Of a stretch of DNA of 64,000 nucleotides, positions 31,224 through 39,610 are shown piece by piece. Position 1 is the stretch's first letter. Every line of letters starts with the position of its first letter. Origin of the DNA: Candidatus Eiseniibacteriota bacterium (GTDB lineage Bacteria > Eisenbacteria > RBG-16-71-46); NCBI GenBank assembly GCA_963717935.1, contig CAVQXP010000004.1, positions 1,056,001-1,120,000 of the forward strand. Direction: 5' to 3'. The translations under genes were made by a program, and so were the position numbers. The notes beneath the pieces were generated by a model, which had not been told where the DNA came from, ran no database searches, and saw nothing but the letters and a program-made list of their open reading frames with translations.

Positions 31224-32135
31224 ATGGACACCACCGGGCGGGTCTCGCGGGCCCGCTGGCTGTCGGCCTACGCCGCCGTGTGCCTGTTCTGGGGCGGCAC
31301 CTACCTCGGCATCAAGTTCGCGATCGAGTCCATCCCGCCGCTGCTGATGGCGAGCCTGCGCTACCTCCTCGCCGGGGCGCTGGTTCTCGTCTGGTCGTGG
31401 GCGCGCGCGGGCGAGCGCCCGACCGCCCGCCACTGGGGCGGCGCGGCCGTGGTGGGCGGGCTGATGCTGTTCGGCGGCAACGGCGGCGTGTGCTGGGCCG
31501 AGCAGCGCGTTCCATCGGGCACCGCCTCGCTGGTCATCGCACTCGTGCCGCTGTTCATGGTGCTGATCGAGGCGCTGCGTCCGGGCGGCCAGCACCCGGG
31601 GCCCCGGGAATTCGCCGGCATCGGGCTCGGGCTCGCCGGTCTGGCGCTGCTGGTCGGACCCGAGCAGATGGTGGGGGCGGGCCGCATCGACCCGCTTGGC
31701 GCGCTGGTCCTGGTGGGGGCGACGCTGAGCTGGGCGGCGGGCTCGATCCACTCGCGGCACGCCTCACTGCCGTCCTCGCCCCTGCTGGCGACGGCGCTCC
31801 AGATGCTCGCCGGTGGCGCCATCCTGCTGGTCGCGGGGCTCGTGGCCGGGGAGGGCGCGCGCTTCCACCTCCAGGCCGTGACGCTCCGCTCGTGGCTGGC
31901 CATGGGCTACCTGGTGGTCTGCGGCTCGATCGTGGCGTTGACGGCCTACGTCTGGCTGCTGCGGGTCAGCCCCCCGGCCAAGGTCGCGAGCTACACCTAT
32001 GTGAATCCGATCGTGGCCGTGCTGTTGGGCTGGGGGCTGGGGGGCGAGGCGCTCACGCCGCGCACGGTCCTGGCCTGCCTGGTCATCGTGACCGCCGTGG
32101 TGATCCTCACCGGCGCCCGCACCCTGCGGCGCTGA
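31224..32135 (+). CDS. EamA/DMT-family transporter (YedA-like)
   Basis: WGGTYLGIK, PPLLMASLRY, YTYVNPIVAVLLG; about 10 TM helices. Start is 31221 (GTG) or 31224. Confidence 0.9.
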   Translation: MDTTGRVSRARWLSAYAAVCLFWGGTYLGIKFAIESIPPLLMASLRYLLAGALVLVWSWARAGERPTARHWGGAAVVGGLMLFGGNGGVCWAEQRVPSGTASLVIALVPLFMVLIEALRPGGQHPGPREFAGIGLGLAGLALLVGPEQMVGAGRIDPLGALVLVGATLSWAAGSIHSRHASLPSSPLLATALQMLAGGAILLVAGLVAGEGARFHLQAVTLRSWLAMGYLVVCGSIVALTAYVWLLRVSPPAKVASYTYVNPIVAVLLGWGLGGEALTPRTVLACLVIVTAVVILTGARTLRR

Positions 32136-32157
32136 AGGCCGCGGGGCGCGGACCCCG

Positions 32158-33591
32158 CTACTTCGTCCGCCCGCGCTGCGAGTTCGCGTACTCGAGCCCC
32201 ACGGTCTCCATCTCCGGGCTGCGCAGGCCGATCTTCCGGGCCAGCGCAACGGCCTCCTCCTCTCCCATCCCCTCGTCGAGCATGAGATAGGGCAGCATGA
32301 TCCCGCCCACGCGGTTCGCCGCCATGCAATGGACGAGGACCGGCCGGCGCGCCGGATCACGCATGAGGCGACGGAACTCCTCGATCTGCGTGGCGCCCAG
32401 GCTGGTCTTCGTGAAGGGGATGGTCACGTACTCGAGTCCTGCGGCCCTGACCACCTGCGCTTCGTCGTAGCCGCGCGGTTCGCCGGGCATGCACAGGTCG
32501 ACGACCGTGCGGTACCCCGCGCGTGCGAAGGCCGCGAAGTCCTCCTCGCGCGGTAGTCCTGCGGTGGCCACGCCGGGCAGGGCGATCATCCCGAAGGCGA
32601 GGCCGGGTACGGGCACCTGCCTCGTGTCGGCGGAGGCCGGTGAGGGGGCCGGCCCGGGCGCGTTCCCCCGGACCGGCTCTCCCGGTGCGCCGATCGGCCG
32701 CAGCCGGATGCGTCTCTGCCGTGCGTCCAGCGTGACCTCGAAGTCCTGGAGCACCCGGCTCCCGATGTTTCCCACGCGCGCGGCGGGGTTCAACTCCAAC
32801 TCGAGGTCGGTGAACTCGCGCCCCCCCAGGACGACCTTTCCGGCCAGCTTCGCGTCGAGCAGCTTGACCTCCCGGTCCACGGTCCGGGCGGTGCGTCCCT
32901 CCACCGGCGGACCGGCGAGCGGGAGGCTGTCCTTCAGCGTCACCGGTAGCATCAGGCCACCCGACGATCCGGTGTCCACGTGCACGCGAACGCGCCGCCC
33001 GGCGACCTCGACCGGCACCGTGGGCAGCATCTCACCCTCGTAGGAGAAGACCTGTACGTCGTCGGGTGCCGGAAGCGAGCCGCGCCGGAGCACGATGCGC
33101 TGCCGCGCGAAGTCCCAGGTGATGAGCAGCCCGGGGAACTGGTTGGGCGAGAGCACGCCCCAGTGCTTCGCGGGGCCGGGCATCGGCATGTCGAGCGCCA
33201 GACAGGAGACCGGGGCCTGGAGCGTCCCCCCGAGCGTGAGTCGCCCGATGCTCACGATCTTCGCCGGCACCGGCGTGCCGCCGAGCGGGCTGCCGACCTG
33301 CGCTTCGCCGGTGACCTTCAGCCGCAGCGAGTCCGCGAGCGCCTTGGTGATGACCGTGCCATGGGCCCCGGTGTCCAGCACGAACGGGAACGGTCCGCGG
33401 CCGTCGAGCATGACCTGCACGACGCTGCGCCCCTGCCAGGACTCCATCGGCACCACGAGGCTGTCACCCTCGAGCCGGAACGTCGGCGCCGGCATGGCCA
33501 GGTGCTGCGGTACCGGCGCCGCGACGCTCACGGCGGTGAACGCCGTCCAGACGCAGAGGAATGCCGAAGTGATCGCGATCCGCGGCTTCAT
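32158..33591 (-). CDS. exported fusion of a tandem retropepsin-like aspartic protease and a C-terminal CX5R (PTP-like/DUF442) domain
   Basis: Signal peptide, FVLDTGA, VHVDTGS, GNIG...LQDF, a Pro-rich linker, then GYRTVVDL...PVLVHCMAANRVG. GAGGAG SD. Confidence 0.8.
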   Translation of the reverse strand: MKPRIAITSAFLCVWTAFTAVSVAAPVPQHLAMPAPTFRLEGDSLVVPMESWQGRSVVQVMLDGRGPFPFVLDTGAHGTVITKALADSLRLKVTGEAQVGSPLGGTPVPAKIVSIGRLTLGGTLQAPVSCLALDMPMPGPAKHWGVLSPNQFPGLLITWDFARQRIVLRRGSLPAPDDVQVFSYEGEMLPTVPVEVAGRRVRVHVDTGSSGGLMLPVTLKDSLPLAGPPVEGRTARTVDREVKLLDAKLAGKVVLGGREFTDLELELNPAARVGNIGSRVLQDFEVTLDARQRRIRLRPIGAPGEPVRGNAPGPAPSPASADTRQVPVPGLAFGMIALPGVATAGLPREEDFAAFARAGYRTVVDLCMPGEPRGYDEAQVVRAAGLEYVTIPFTKTSLGATQIEEFRRLMRDPARRPVLVHCMAANRVGGIMLPYLMLDEGMGEEEAVALARKIGLRSPEMETVGLEYANSQRGRTK

Positions 33592-33625
33592 GTCCGTGGT
33601 CTCCTCGTGTAAGGGCCGTGGGGGT

Positions 33626-33646
33626 TATGATACGATTCGTACCATA
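33626..33646. promoter_or_regulatory. palindromic operator, probably bound by the adjacent PadR regulator
   Basis: TATGATACGA-T-TCGTACCATA (9 of 10 positions symmetric), an AT-rich island between divergent genes. Confidence 0.7.
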
Positions 33647-33716
33647 CGACCCTCGTGATAGGCTGGTGTCACGGCAGCGTCAAACCGGCGCCGGCCGCAT
33701 GGTGTGGAGTCCGTCG

Positions 33717-34304
33717 ATGGCCTCGAGTCGCGAAGGGAAGCCCGGGCGGGTCGCGCTCCGGCGTCCGGTCCTGACGGAACTGGAGGGCTGCGTGCTGGGC
33801 ATCGTGTGGAGCCGGGGGCCCTGCACCGCCTACCTCGCGCGCAAGGTCTTCGTGGACTCGCCCAGCCCGTACTGGAGCGGTAGTGCCGGCGCGGTCTACC
33901 CGCTGCTGGCCCGGCTCGAGGATCGGGGGTTCGTGCGCGCGCAGGCCCACCGCGCGGGGCGGCGCGCGAGCCGGCGCTTCGTCATCACGCCCCGCGGGCG
34001 ACGCATGCTGGAGCGCTGGCTGGGGCCCCCCCTGCCGGCCTGGATCCTCGGCATCCCCATGGATCCCCTGCGTACGCGGATGGGTTTCCTGGCGGTGCTC
34101 CCGGCGCGCCGGCGGGCGCTCTTCCTGGCGGAGGCGGAACGACATGCGCGGACCCACCTGGAGAACGCCAGGAAGGAGATGGCCTGCACGTGCGCCGGCG
34201 GCGACCTGTACGACCAGTTCGTCTCCAGGGGAGCGGTCACGAGCCTCGAGGCCCGCCTGGCCTGGCTGAGCGGGGCTCGCCGCCGCCTGAGCCGGAGCCG
34301 GTAG
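33717..34304 (+). CDS. PadR-family transcriptional regulator
   Basis: GGAG SD 7 nt before ATG 33717. VLGIV...GP, SAGAVYPLLARLEDRGFV, FVITPRGR. Confidence 0.85.
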   Translation: MASSREGKPGRVALRRPVLTELEGCVLGIVWSRGPCTAYLARKVFVDSPSPYWSGSAGAVYPLLARLEDRGFVRAQAHRAGRRASRRFVITPRGRRMLERWLGPPLPAWILGIPMDPLRTRMGFLAVLPARRRALFLAEAERHARTHLENARKEMACTCAGGDLYDQFVSRGAVTSLEARLAWLSGARRRLSRSR

Positions 34305-34353
34305 ACGCCGACGCAGACGCCGGGGACGTGCCCCGCGGGGCCGAACCGCGTGC

Positions 34354-34383
34354 TTGCCTCGCGCCCGATCGCTCCCCTAGAAT
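34354..34383 (+). promoter_or_regulatory. sigma70 promoter of the pyrB operon
   Basis: TTGCCT-N18-TAGAAT. Confidence 0.65.
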
Positions 34384-34408
34384 GCCGAGAGATCGCTGTC
34401 CCGTCGTG

Positions 34409-34439
34409 CCTTTAACGCCGCTCCGCGAGGTGGCAAAGG
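34409..34439 (+). promoter_or_regulatory. PyrR-binding RNA stem-loop overlapping the pyrB Shine-Dalgarno
   Basis: CCTTTAA-CGCCG-CTCCGCGAGG-TGGC-AAAGG matches the CUUUAA / UCCnGnGAGG / AAAG elements. The 3' arm is the start of the AAAGGAGGAG SD. Confidence 0.8.
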
Positions 34440-34448
34440 AGGAGTCGC

Positions 34449-35516
34449 ATGAAGGTCGCACCTGCCCGCCCGGCGCCCTGTGGCGCGGGGCTCGTTTTGT
34501 TCCGGGGGCTGGAGGTTGCGGCCCCGGACCGCGGCCTGCCGCTCCATCGTGACCCGCGGCATCTGCTCGGCCTCGAGGGCCTGGACCGCGCGGAGATCCT
34601 CGCCCTGCTGGACGCGGCCGAGACCTGCCGGGCGCGTCTGCGCGCCGGCGGCATGCCCTTCGACGACCTGCGCGGCGTGACGGTCCTGCTGGGCTTCTTC
34701 GAGGACTCGACCCGCACGCGCGTCTCCTTCGAGCTGGCGGCCCGGCACCTCGGTGCCACGGTCACCACGCTCACCACCGCGGGCTCGGCCATCAGCAAGG
34801 GCGAGTCCCTCTACGACACGGTGCAGAACGTCCGGGCGATGGGCGTGGACCTGGTGGTGGTGCGGCACGTGGCTTCGGGTGCGCCCTACTTCCTGGCCCG
34901 CCACCTCGACGTCGGTGTCATCAACGCCGGCGACGGCCGTCACGAGCACCCGACGCAGGGGTTGCTCGACCTGATGACCCTGCGCGATGCCTGGCAGGGC
35001 CGCTTCGAGGGCCGGCGCCTGGCGCTGGTCGGTGACATCGCGCACTCGCGCGTGGCGCGCAGCGCCATCTTCGGCCTGCGGGCGCTCGGCGCGAGCGTGA
35101 CGGTCGTGGGCCCGCGCACCCTGCTCCCGGCCGGGGTCGAAGGGCTGGGCTGCACGCTGGCCGCCACGGTGGAGGAGGCCATGGAGGGCGCCGACGCGGT
35201 GATGGCGCTCCGGCTCCAGCGTGAGCGCATGGACGGCGGGCTGCTGCCCTCGCTGGGCGAGTTCTCGCGGGTCTGGGGGCTCACGCCCGAGCGCGTACGC
35301 CTCATGAACCGCGACGCCGTCGTGCTGCACCCGGGCCCGATGAACCGCGGCGTCGAGGTCACCGCCGAGGTGGCCGACAGCGAGCGCTCGGTCATCCTCG
35401 ACCAGGTCCAGAACGGCGTGGCGCTGCGCTGCGCGGTGCTCGCGCGCTGCGCCGCGGCGCGGTCGGTGCGCGGATTCGGCCGGGCCGCGGGCCAGCCGCG
35501 CGGGGAGGTCGCATGA
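34449..35516 (+). CDS. pyrB: aspartate carbamoyltransferase catalytic subunit
   Basis: FFEDSTRTRVSFE, KGESLYDT, NAGDGRHEHPTQGLLD, GDIAHSRVARS, RLQRER, HPGPMNRG. Confidence 0.96.
   Translation: MKVAPARPAPCGAGLVLFRGLEVAAPDRGLPLHRDPRHLLGLEGLDRAEILALLDAAETCRARLRAGGMPFDDLRGVTVLLGFFEDSTRTRVSFELAARHLGATVTTLTTAGSAISKGESLYDTVQNVRAMGVDLVVVRHVASGAPYFLARHLDVGVINAGDGRHEHPTQGLLDLMTLRDAWQGRFEGRRLALVGDIAHSRVARSAIFGLRALGASVTVVGPRTLLPAGVEGLGCTLAATVEEAMEGADAVMALRLQRERMDGGLLPSLGEFSRVWGLTPERVRLMNRDAVVLHPGPMNRGVEVTAEVADSERSVILDQVQNGVALRCAVLARCAAARSVRGFGRAAGQPRGEVA
34468..34501 (+). terminator. terminator-like hairpin plus U-rich tail within the first 20 codons of the pyrB ORF
   Basis: GCCC-G-GCGCC-CTGT-GGCGC-G-GGGC followed by TCGTTTTGTT. 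Confidence 0.5.
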
Positions 35517-36832
35517 GACCCATCACGCTCATCCGCGGCGCACGCCACTGGCGGACCGGCGAGCGCGTGGACCTGGGCTTCCGCGAGGGTCTGATCGTCG
35601 AGGACCCGGGCACGCGCGAAGCCGGCAGCGTCATCGAGGCCGACGGCCTGCTGGTGGCGCCGGGCCTGGTGGACCTGCACGTGCACCTGCGCGAGCCCGG
35701 CCAATCGGTGAAGGAGACCATCGCCACCGGCACGCGCGCCGCGGCCGCGGGCGGGTTCACCAGCGTGTGCTGCATGCCCAACACGCAGCCGGTGCTGGAC
35801 GCGGCGGTGCAGGTGGAGTGGGTGCGCGAGCGCGCCGCGGCCGTGGGGTACTGCCGCGTGCATCCGATCGGAGCGGTCACCATGGGCCAGAACGGCGAGC
35901 AGCTCGCCCCGGCCATGGCGCTGCGGAACGCCGGCGCGGTGGCGCTCAGCGACGATGGCCGCCCGGTGGTGAAGGCCTCGATCGTGCGCCGCGCGCTCGA
36001 GTACGCGCGCCACGCGGGGCTGCCCATCGTCTGCCACGAGGAGGACCCGACGCTGAAGGGCGAGGGGGTCATGAACGAGGGTCTCATGGCGACGCGGCTG
36101 GGTCTGCGCGGCATCCCCAACGCGGCCGAGAGCGTGATGGTGCGGCGCGACGTGGAGCTGGCCGCGCTCACCGGCGGACGCATCCACCTGGCGCACCTCT
36201 CGTGCGCCGAGTCGCTCGACGCGCTGCGCGACGCGAAGCGGCGGGGCCTCGCGGTGACGGGCGAGACCTGCCCGCACTACTGGACGCTCACCGACGCGGC
36301 GGTGGGGGAGTACGACACCAACGCCAGGATGAATCCGCCGCTGCGCTCGGCCGCGGACCGCGACGCGGTCATCGCCGCGCTCGCGGACGGCACGCTCGAC
36401 TGTCTCGCCACCGACCACGCGCCGCACACGGCCGACGAGAAGCGCGCGCCCTTCGACCAGGCGCCCGACGGCATCGTGGGCCTCGAGACCGCGCTCGCGC
36501 TGACGCTGACCTGCCTGGTGAAGCCGGGGCACCTCACGCTGCAGCGCGCGCTCGAGCTGTGGACCGACGAGCCGCGCCGGGTCTTCGACCTGCGACCGGT
36601 GCGGCTCGAGCCCGGCGACCCGGCGGACCTGGTGCTGATCGACCCGGGGGCGGAGTGGACCGTCGATCCCGAACGCTTCCAGTCGAAGGGGCGCAACACG
36701 CCCTTCGCGGGCTGGCGGCTCACCGGCCGCGCGCTCGCCACCGTGTGCGGGGGACGGTTGACGCACGTGGACCCGGCGGTGCGCGTGGCGCGCGCCCGCC
36801 GCGGTGCGGCCGTGGCCCCGGCCGCCGGTTGA
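35513..36832 (+). CDS. pyrC: dihydroorotase (type I)
   Basis: DLHVHLREPG, GGFTSVCCMPNT, SDDG, MNPPLR, ATDHAPH, SKGRNTPF. Confidence 0.96.
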   Translation: MRPITLIRGARHWRTGERVDLGFREGLIVEDPGTREAGSVIEADGLLVAPGLVDLHVHLREPGQSVKETIATGTRAAAAGGFTSVCCMPNTQPVLDAAVQVEWVRERAAAVGYCRVHPIGAVTMGQNGEQLAPAMALRNAGAVALSDDGRPVVKASIVRRALEYARHAGLPIVCHEEDPTLKGEGVMNEGLMATRLGLRGIPNAAESVMVRRDVELAALTGGRIHLAHLSCAESLDALRDAKRRGLAVTGETCPHYWTLTDAAVGEYDTNARMNPPLRSAADRDAVIAALADGTLDCLATDHAPHTADEKRAPFDQAPDGIVGLETALALTLTCLVKPGHLTLQRALELWTDEPRRVFDLRPVRLEPGDPADLVLIDPGAEWTVDPERFQSKGRNTPFAGWRLTGRALATVCGGRLTHVDPAVRVARARRGAAVAPAAG

Positions 36833-36941
36833 GCGGTGGGACGGGGCACGGCTCGAAGCGCCCCGGGCCCGCCTCGTCAGCGCCGAGAAGCCCATGCTAC
36901 CCTGCGCTCATGGTCCCGACCGCGATGAGAGGGCGACCGGC

Positions 36942-38735
36942 GTGAGGCTCCGCCGCCTGGTCCCGCTGCTGGCGCTGGCGGTGCTCGCCACCTCCTGCGC
37001 CTACTACAACACCTTCTACCTGGCGCGGAAGTACTACTTCAAGGGCACCGGTGGCCTGCCCTACCCCGTGGACAAGCGCGACGCGAGCGCGGGGCAGAGC
37101 TTCACCAAGGCGATCGACCTCTCGAAGAAGGTGCTGGCGAACTACGCCAAGTCGAAGTGGGTGGACGACGCCTACCTGCTGTGGGCGCGCTCGCTGCTGG
37201 GACGGGATGACCCGCGCAAGACGGTGGACATGCTCGAGGATTTCCCCGTCCGCTTCCCCGACAGCAAGCTCAAGGCCGAGGCACTGTTCTACCTGGGCGT
37301 GGGCTACCGGCAGTCGCACCGCAACGGCGAGGCCGAAGCGACGCTGGCCCGGTTCCTCGTTCAGGCTCCCAGGAGCGACCTCGTCCCCTACGCCTGGCTC
37401 GAGCGCGCTCGCGCGCTCGCCGCGAACGACCGCGATTCAGCCGCGGCGTATTGCGCTGGCCAGGTGATCGAGCGCTTCCCCAAGAGCAGGCTGGGGCCGC
37501 AGGCGCTGGCCACGCGTGCCCAGGCGCTGCTCGATGCGGGTGACTACGCCCGGGCCCGCGCCGACTACCGGACCATCGGACTGACCGCGTTGAACGACGA
37601 CGACCGCCTCACGTTCCTGTTCCGGGAGTCCGACTGTCTCGAGGCCGCGCGCGACTACGAGGCGGTCCTGGGCCAACTCAAGGAGGCGCTGGCGCACGAG
37701 CGGTTGCCCGTGGTGACCGAGGGGCCCACGGGCCCGGTCCCCTATCAGCCGACACCCGGGGGCGATCGCTACGGGCGCATCCTGATCCGCATCGGCACGG
37801 TGCACCTGATGGCGGAGCGGCAGAAGGACGCGCTCGATGCCTACCAGGAGGTCGTGCACCTGTACCCGAAGTCGCTGCTCAGCGCCGAGGCGCAGTACCG
37901 CATCGGCTACGTCTTCGAGACCGCGGGCGACGACTTCGAGCGGGCGCGCAGCGAGTACGCGCGAGTCAAGGACGAGTCCCCGAACTCGGCCTTCTCCACC
38001 CAGGCCCAGAGCCGGCTGACGAACCTCGAGCGCGTGAGTCAGTTCCGCTCGGCCGGCGGTGACACGCTCCAGAAGGAGGCCGAGGCGGGCTTCCTGCTTG
38101 CCGAGTTGTACCTGTTCCAGCTGGGCAAACCCGCGCGCGCGGTCGAGGAGTACGGGAAGGTGGCCAGGGAGTTCGCGGGCACGCCGTGGGCTGCCAAGGC
38201 GCTGACCGCCAAGGCCTGGGTGCTGAGCCGCAAGCTCGGGCGCCGGGCCGCGGCTGATTCGCTGCTCTGGGAGGTGGTGCTGCAGTACCCGGCCACCGAG
38301 TCCCAACTCGCCGCGCGCGACTACCTCGAGCAGGACGGCATCGCGGTGCCCGACTCGCTCATCAAGTTGCCGCCGCCGCCCGCGCCCCCGCCGGCCGACA
38401 CCACGCGCCTCACGCCTCCGCCCACGGGGCCCGCGTCGCTCGGCCTCCTGGCGGGCGCCGACAGCGCGAAGGCGGGAGCGCGAAGCGGGGGCGTCCTCGG
38501 GCGGACCACGCCGCGTCGCGGATTCATGCGCACGGGCGCCGCTCCGGGACCGTCCTGGGACCCGCGTTATGCCGGGACGTCGAGCGGCGCTCCGTGTCTG
38601 GCCGGCGACAGCCCGTTCACGGGCGGCACGGACGAGGCGGCTGCCGGGGCGGATTCCGCGAACGCGCCCGGCGCAGCGCCCGACACGTTGCCCGTCGCGC
38701 CGCGCGACAGCCTCCACAACCGCATCGACCGGTGA
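36942..38735 (+). CDS. TPR-repeat lipoprotein with Pro/Ala-rich C-terminal tail
   Basis: GTG at 36942. Lipobox LATS-C, YYNTFY, and repeated YP.S...AEA.(F/Y)..G TPR units. Confidence 0.78.
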   Translation: MRLRRLVPLLALAVLATSCAYYNTFYLARKYYFKGTGGLPYPVDKRDASAGQSFTKAIDLSKKVLANYAKSKWVDDAYLLWARSLLGRDDPRKTVDMLEDFPVRFPDSKLKAEALFYLGVGYRQSHRNGEAEATLARFLVQAPRSDLVPYAWLERARALAANDRDSAAAYCAGQVIERFPKSRLGPQALATRAQALLDAGDYARARADYRTIGLTALNDDDRLTFLFRESDCLEAARDYEAVLGQLKEALAHERLPVVTEGPTGPVPYQPTPGGDRYGRILIRIGTVHLMAERQKDALDAYQEVVHLYPKSLLSAEAQYRIGYVFETAGDDFERARSEYARVKDESPNSAFSTQAQSRLTNLERVSQFRSAGGDTLQKEAEAGFLLAELYLFQLGKPARAVEEYGKVAREFAGTPWAAKALTAKAWVLSRKLGRRAAADSLLWEVVLQYPATESQLAARDYLEQDGIAVPDSLIKLPPPPAPPPADTTRLTPPPTGPASLGLLAGADSAKAGARSGGVLGRTTPRRGFMRTGAAPGPSWDPRYAGTSSGAPCLAGDSPFTGGTDEAAAGADSANAPGAAPDTLPVAPRDSLHNRIDR

Positions 38736-39610
38736 GCGCCACGCGCCCCGTCTGGCGGCAGAGCCGCGCCCGGGTCGTGCGGCAGGACGACCACGGCGCC
38801 GGCCATCGCTGGCTCGAACTCGAGGTGAAGTCCCCCTTCGCGCCGCCGAGCCCCGGGCAGTTCGTGCAGCTCCGGCTGCCGCCGGCCGCGAATCCGGTAC
38901 TGCTGCCGCGGCCCATGAGCGTCGCCAGCGTGGCGCGCTCGCGGGGTGCGCTGCGCGTGGGTTTCCTCTACGCGCCCGTGGGCGTCGGCACGCTGGCGCT
39001 GGCGGCCCTGGGTGCGGGCAGCGAGGTCGAGATGCTGGGACCGCTGGGGCGGGGCTTCCCGCTCGGGCATCCGGGCACGCCCGTGCTGCTCGCGGGCGGC
39101 CGCGGCGTGGGGCCGCTGCTGTTCGCGGCCGATGTGCTGGCGCGACGGCGGCGGTCCGCGGTGCTCCTGTTCGGCGCGCGCGGGCGTGCGCAACTGGTGG
39201 GGCTGGCGGATGCCCACCGCCGTCTCGCCGTCCTCGGCGGCCGTCTGCACGTCTGCACCGACGACGGCAGCCTGGGGCCCAGGGGCAACGTGGTCCACCT
39301 GCTCGAGCGCGTCACGCCGGGGCTCGCCGGTCCGCTCGTCCTGCACGCCTGCGGGCCGCACGCCATGCTCAAGGCGGTCGCGCTCTGGGCGCTCGCTCGT
39401 GGCGTGCCCGCGTTCCTCGCGATGGAATCCATGATGGCCTGCGGCACCGGGGTGTGCCGCGGCTGCCCGCTGCCGCGCAGCGCCCGCGCCCGCGCGGCCT
39501 ACGATCCGGCCACGGCGCCGTCGCTGCACGGCAACCGCGAATGGGCGATGTGCTGCACCGAGGGCCCGGTCTTCGCCGCCGAGGACCTCGACTGGGAGCG
39601 GATCTCGTGA
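38732..39610 (+). CDS. pyrK: dihydroorotate dehydrogenase electron-transfer subunit
   Basis: PGQFVQL, LPRPMS, GPLGRGF, GGRGVGP, TDDGS, ACGP, MACGTGVCRGC...CTEGPVF. GTGA overlap. Confidence 0.9.
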   Translation: MSATRPVWRQSRARVVRQDDHGAGHRWLELEVKSPFAPPSPGQFVQLRLPPAANPVLLPRPMSVASVARSRGALRVGFLYAPVGVGTLALAALGAGSEVEMLGPLGRGFPLGHPGTPVLLAGGRGVGPLLFAADVLARRRRSAVLLFGARGRAQLVGLADAHRRLAVLGGRLHVCTDDGSLGPRGNVVHLLERVTPGLAGPLVLHACGPHAMLKAVALWALARGVPAFLAMESMMACGTGVCRGCPLPRSARARAAYDPATAPSLHGNREWAMCCTEGPVFAAEDLDWERIS

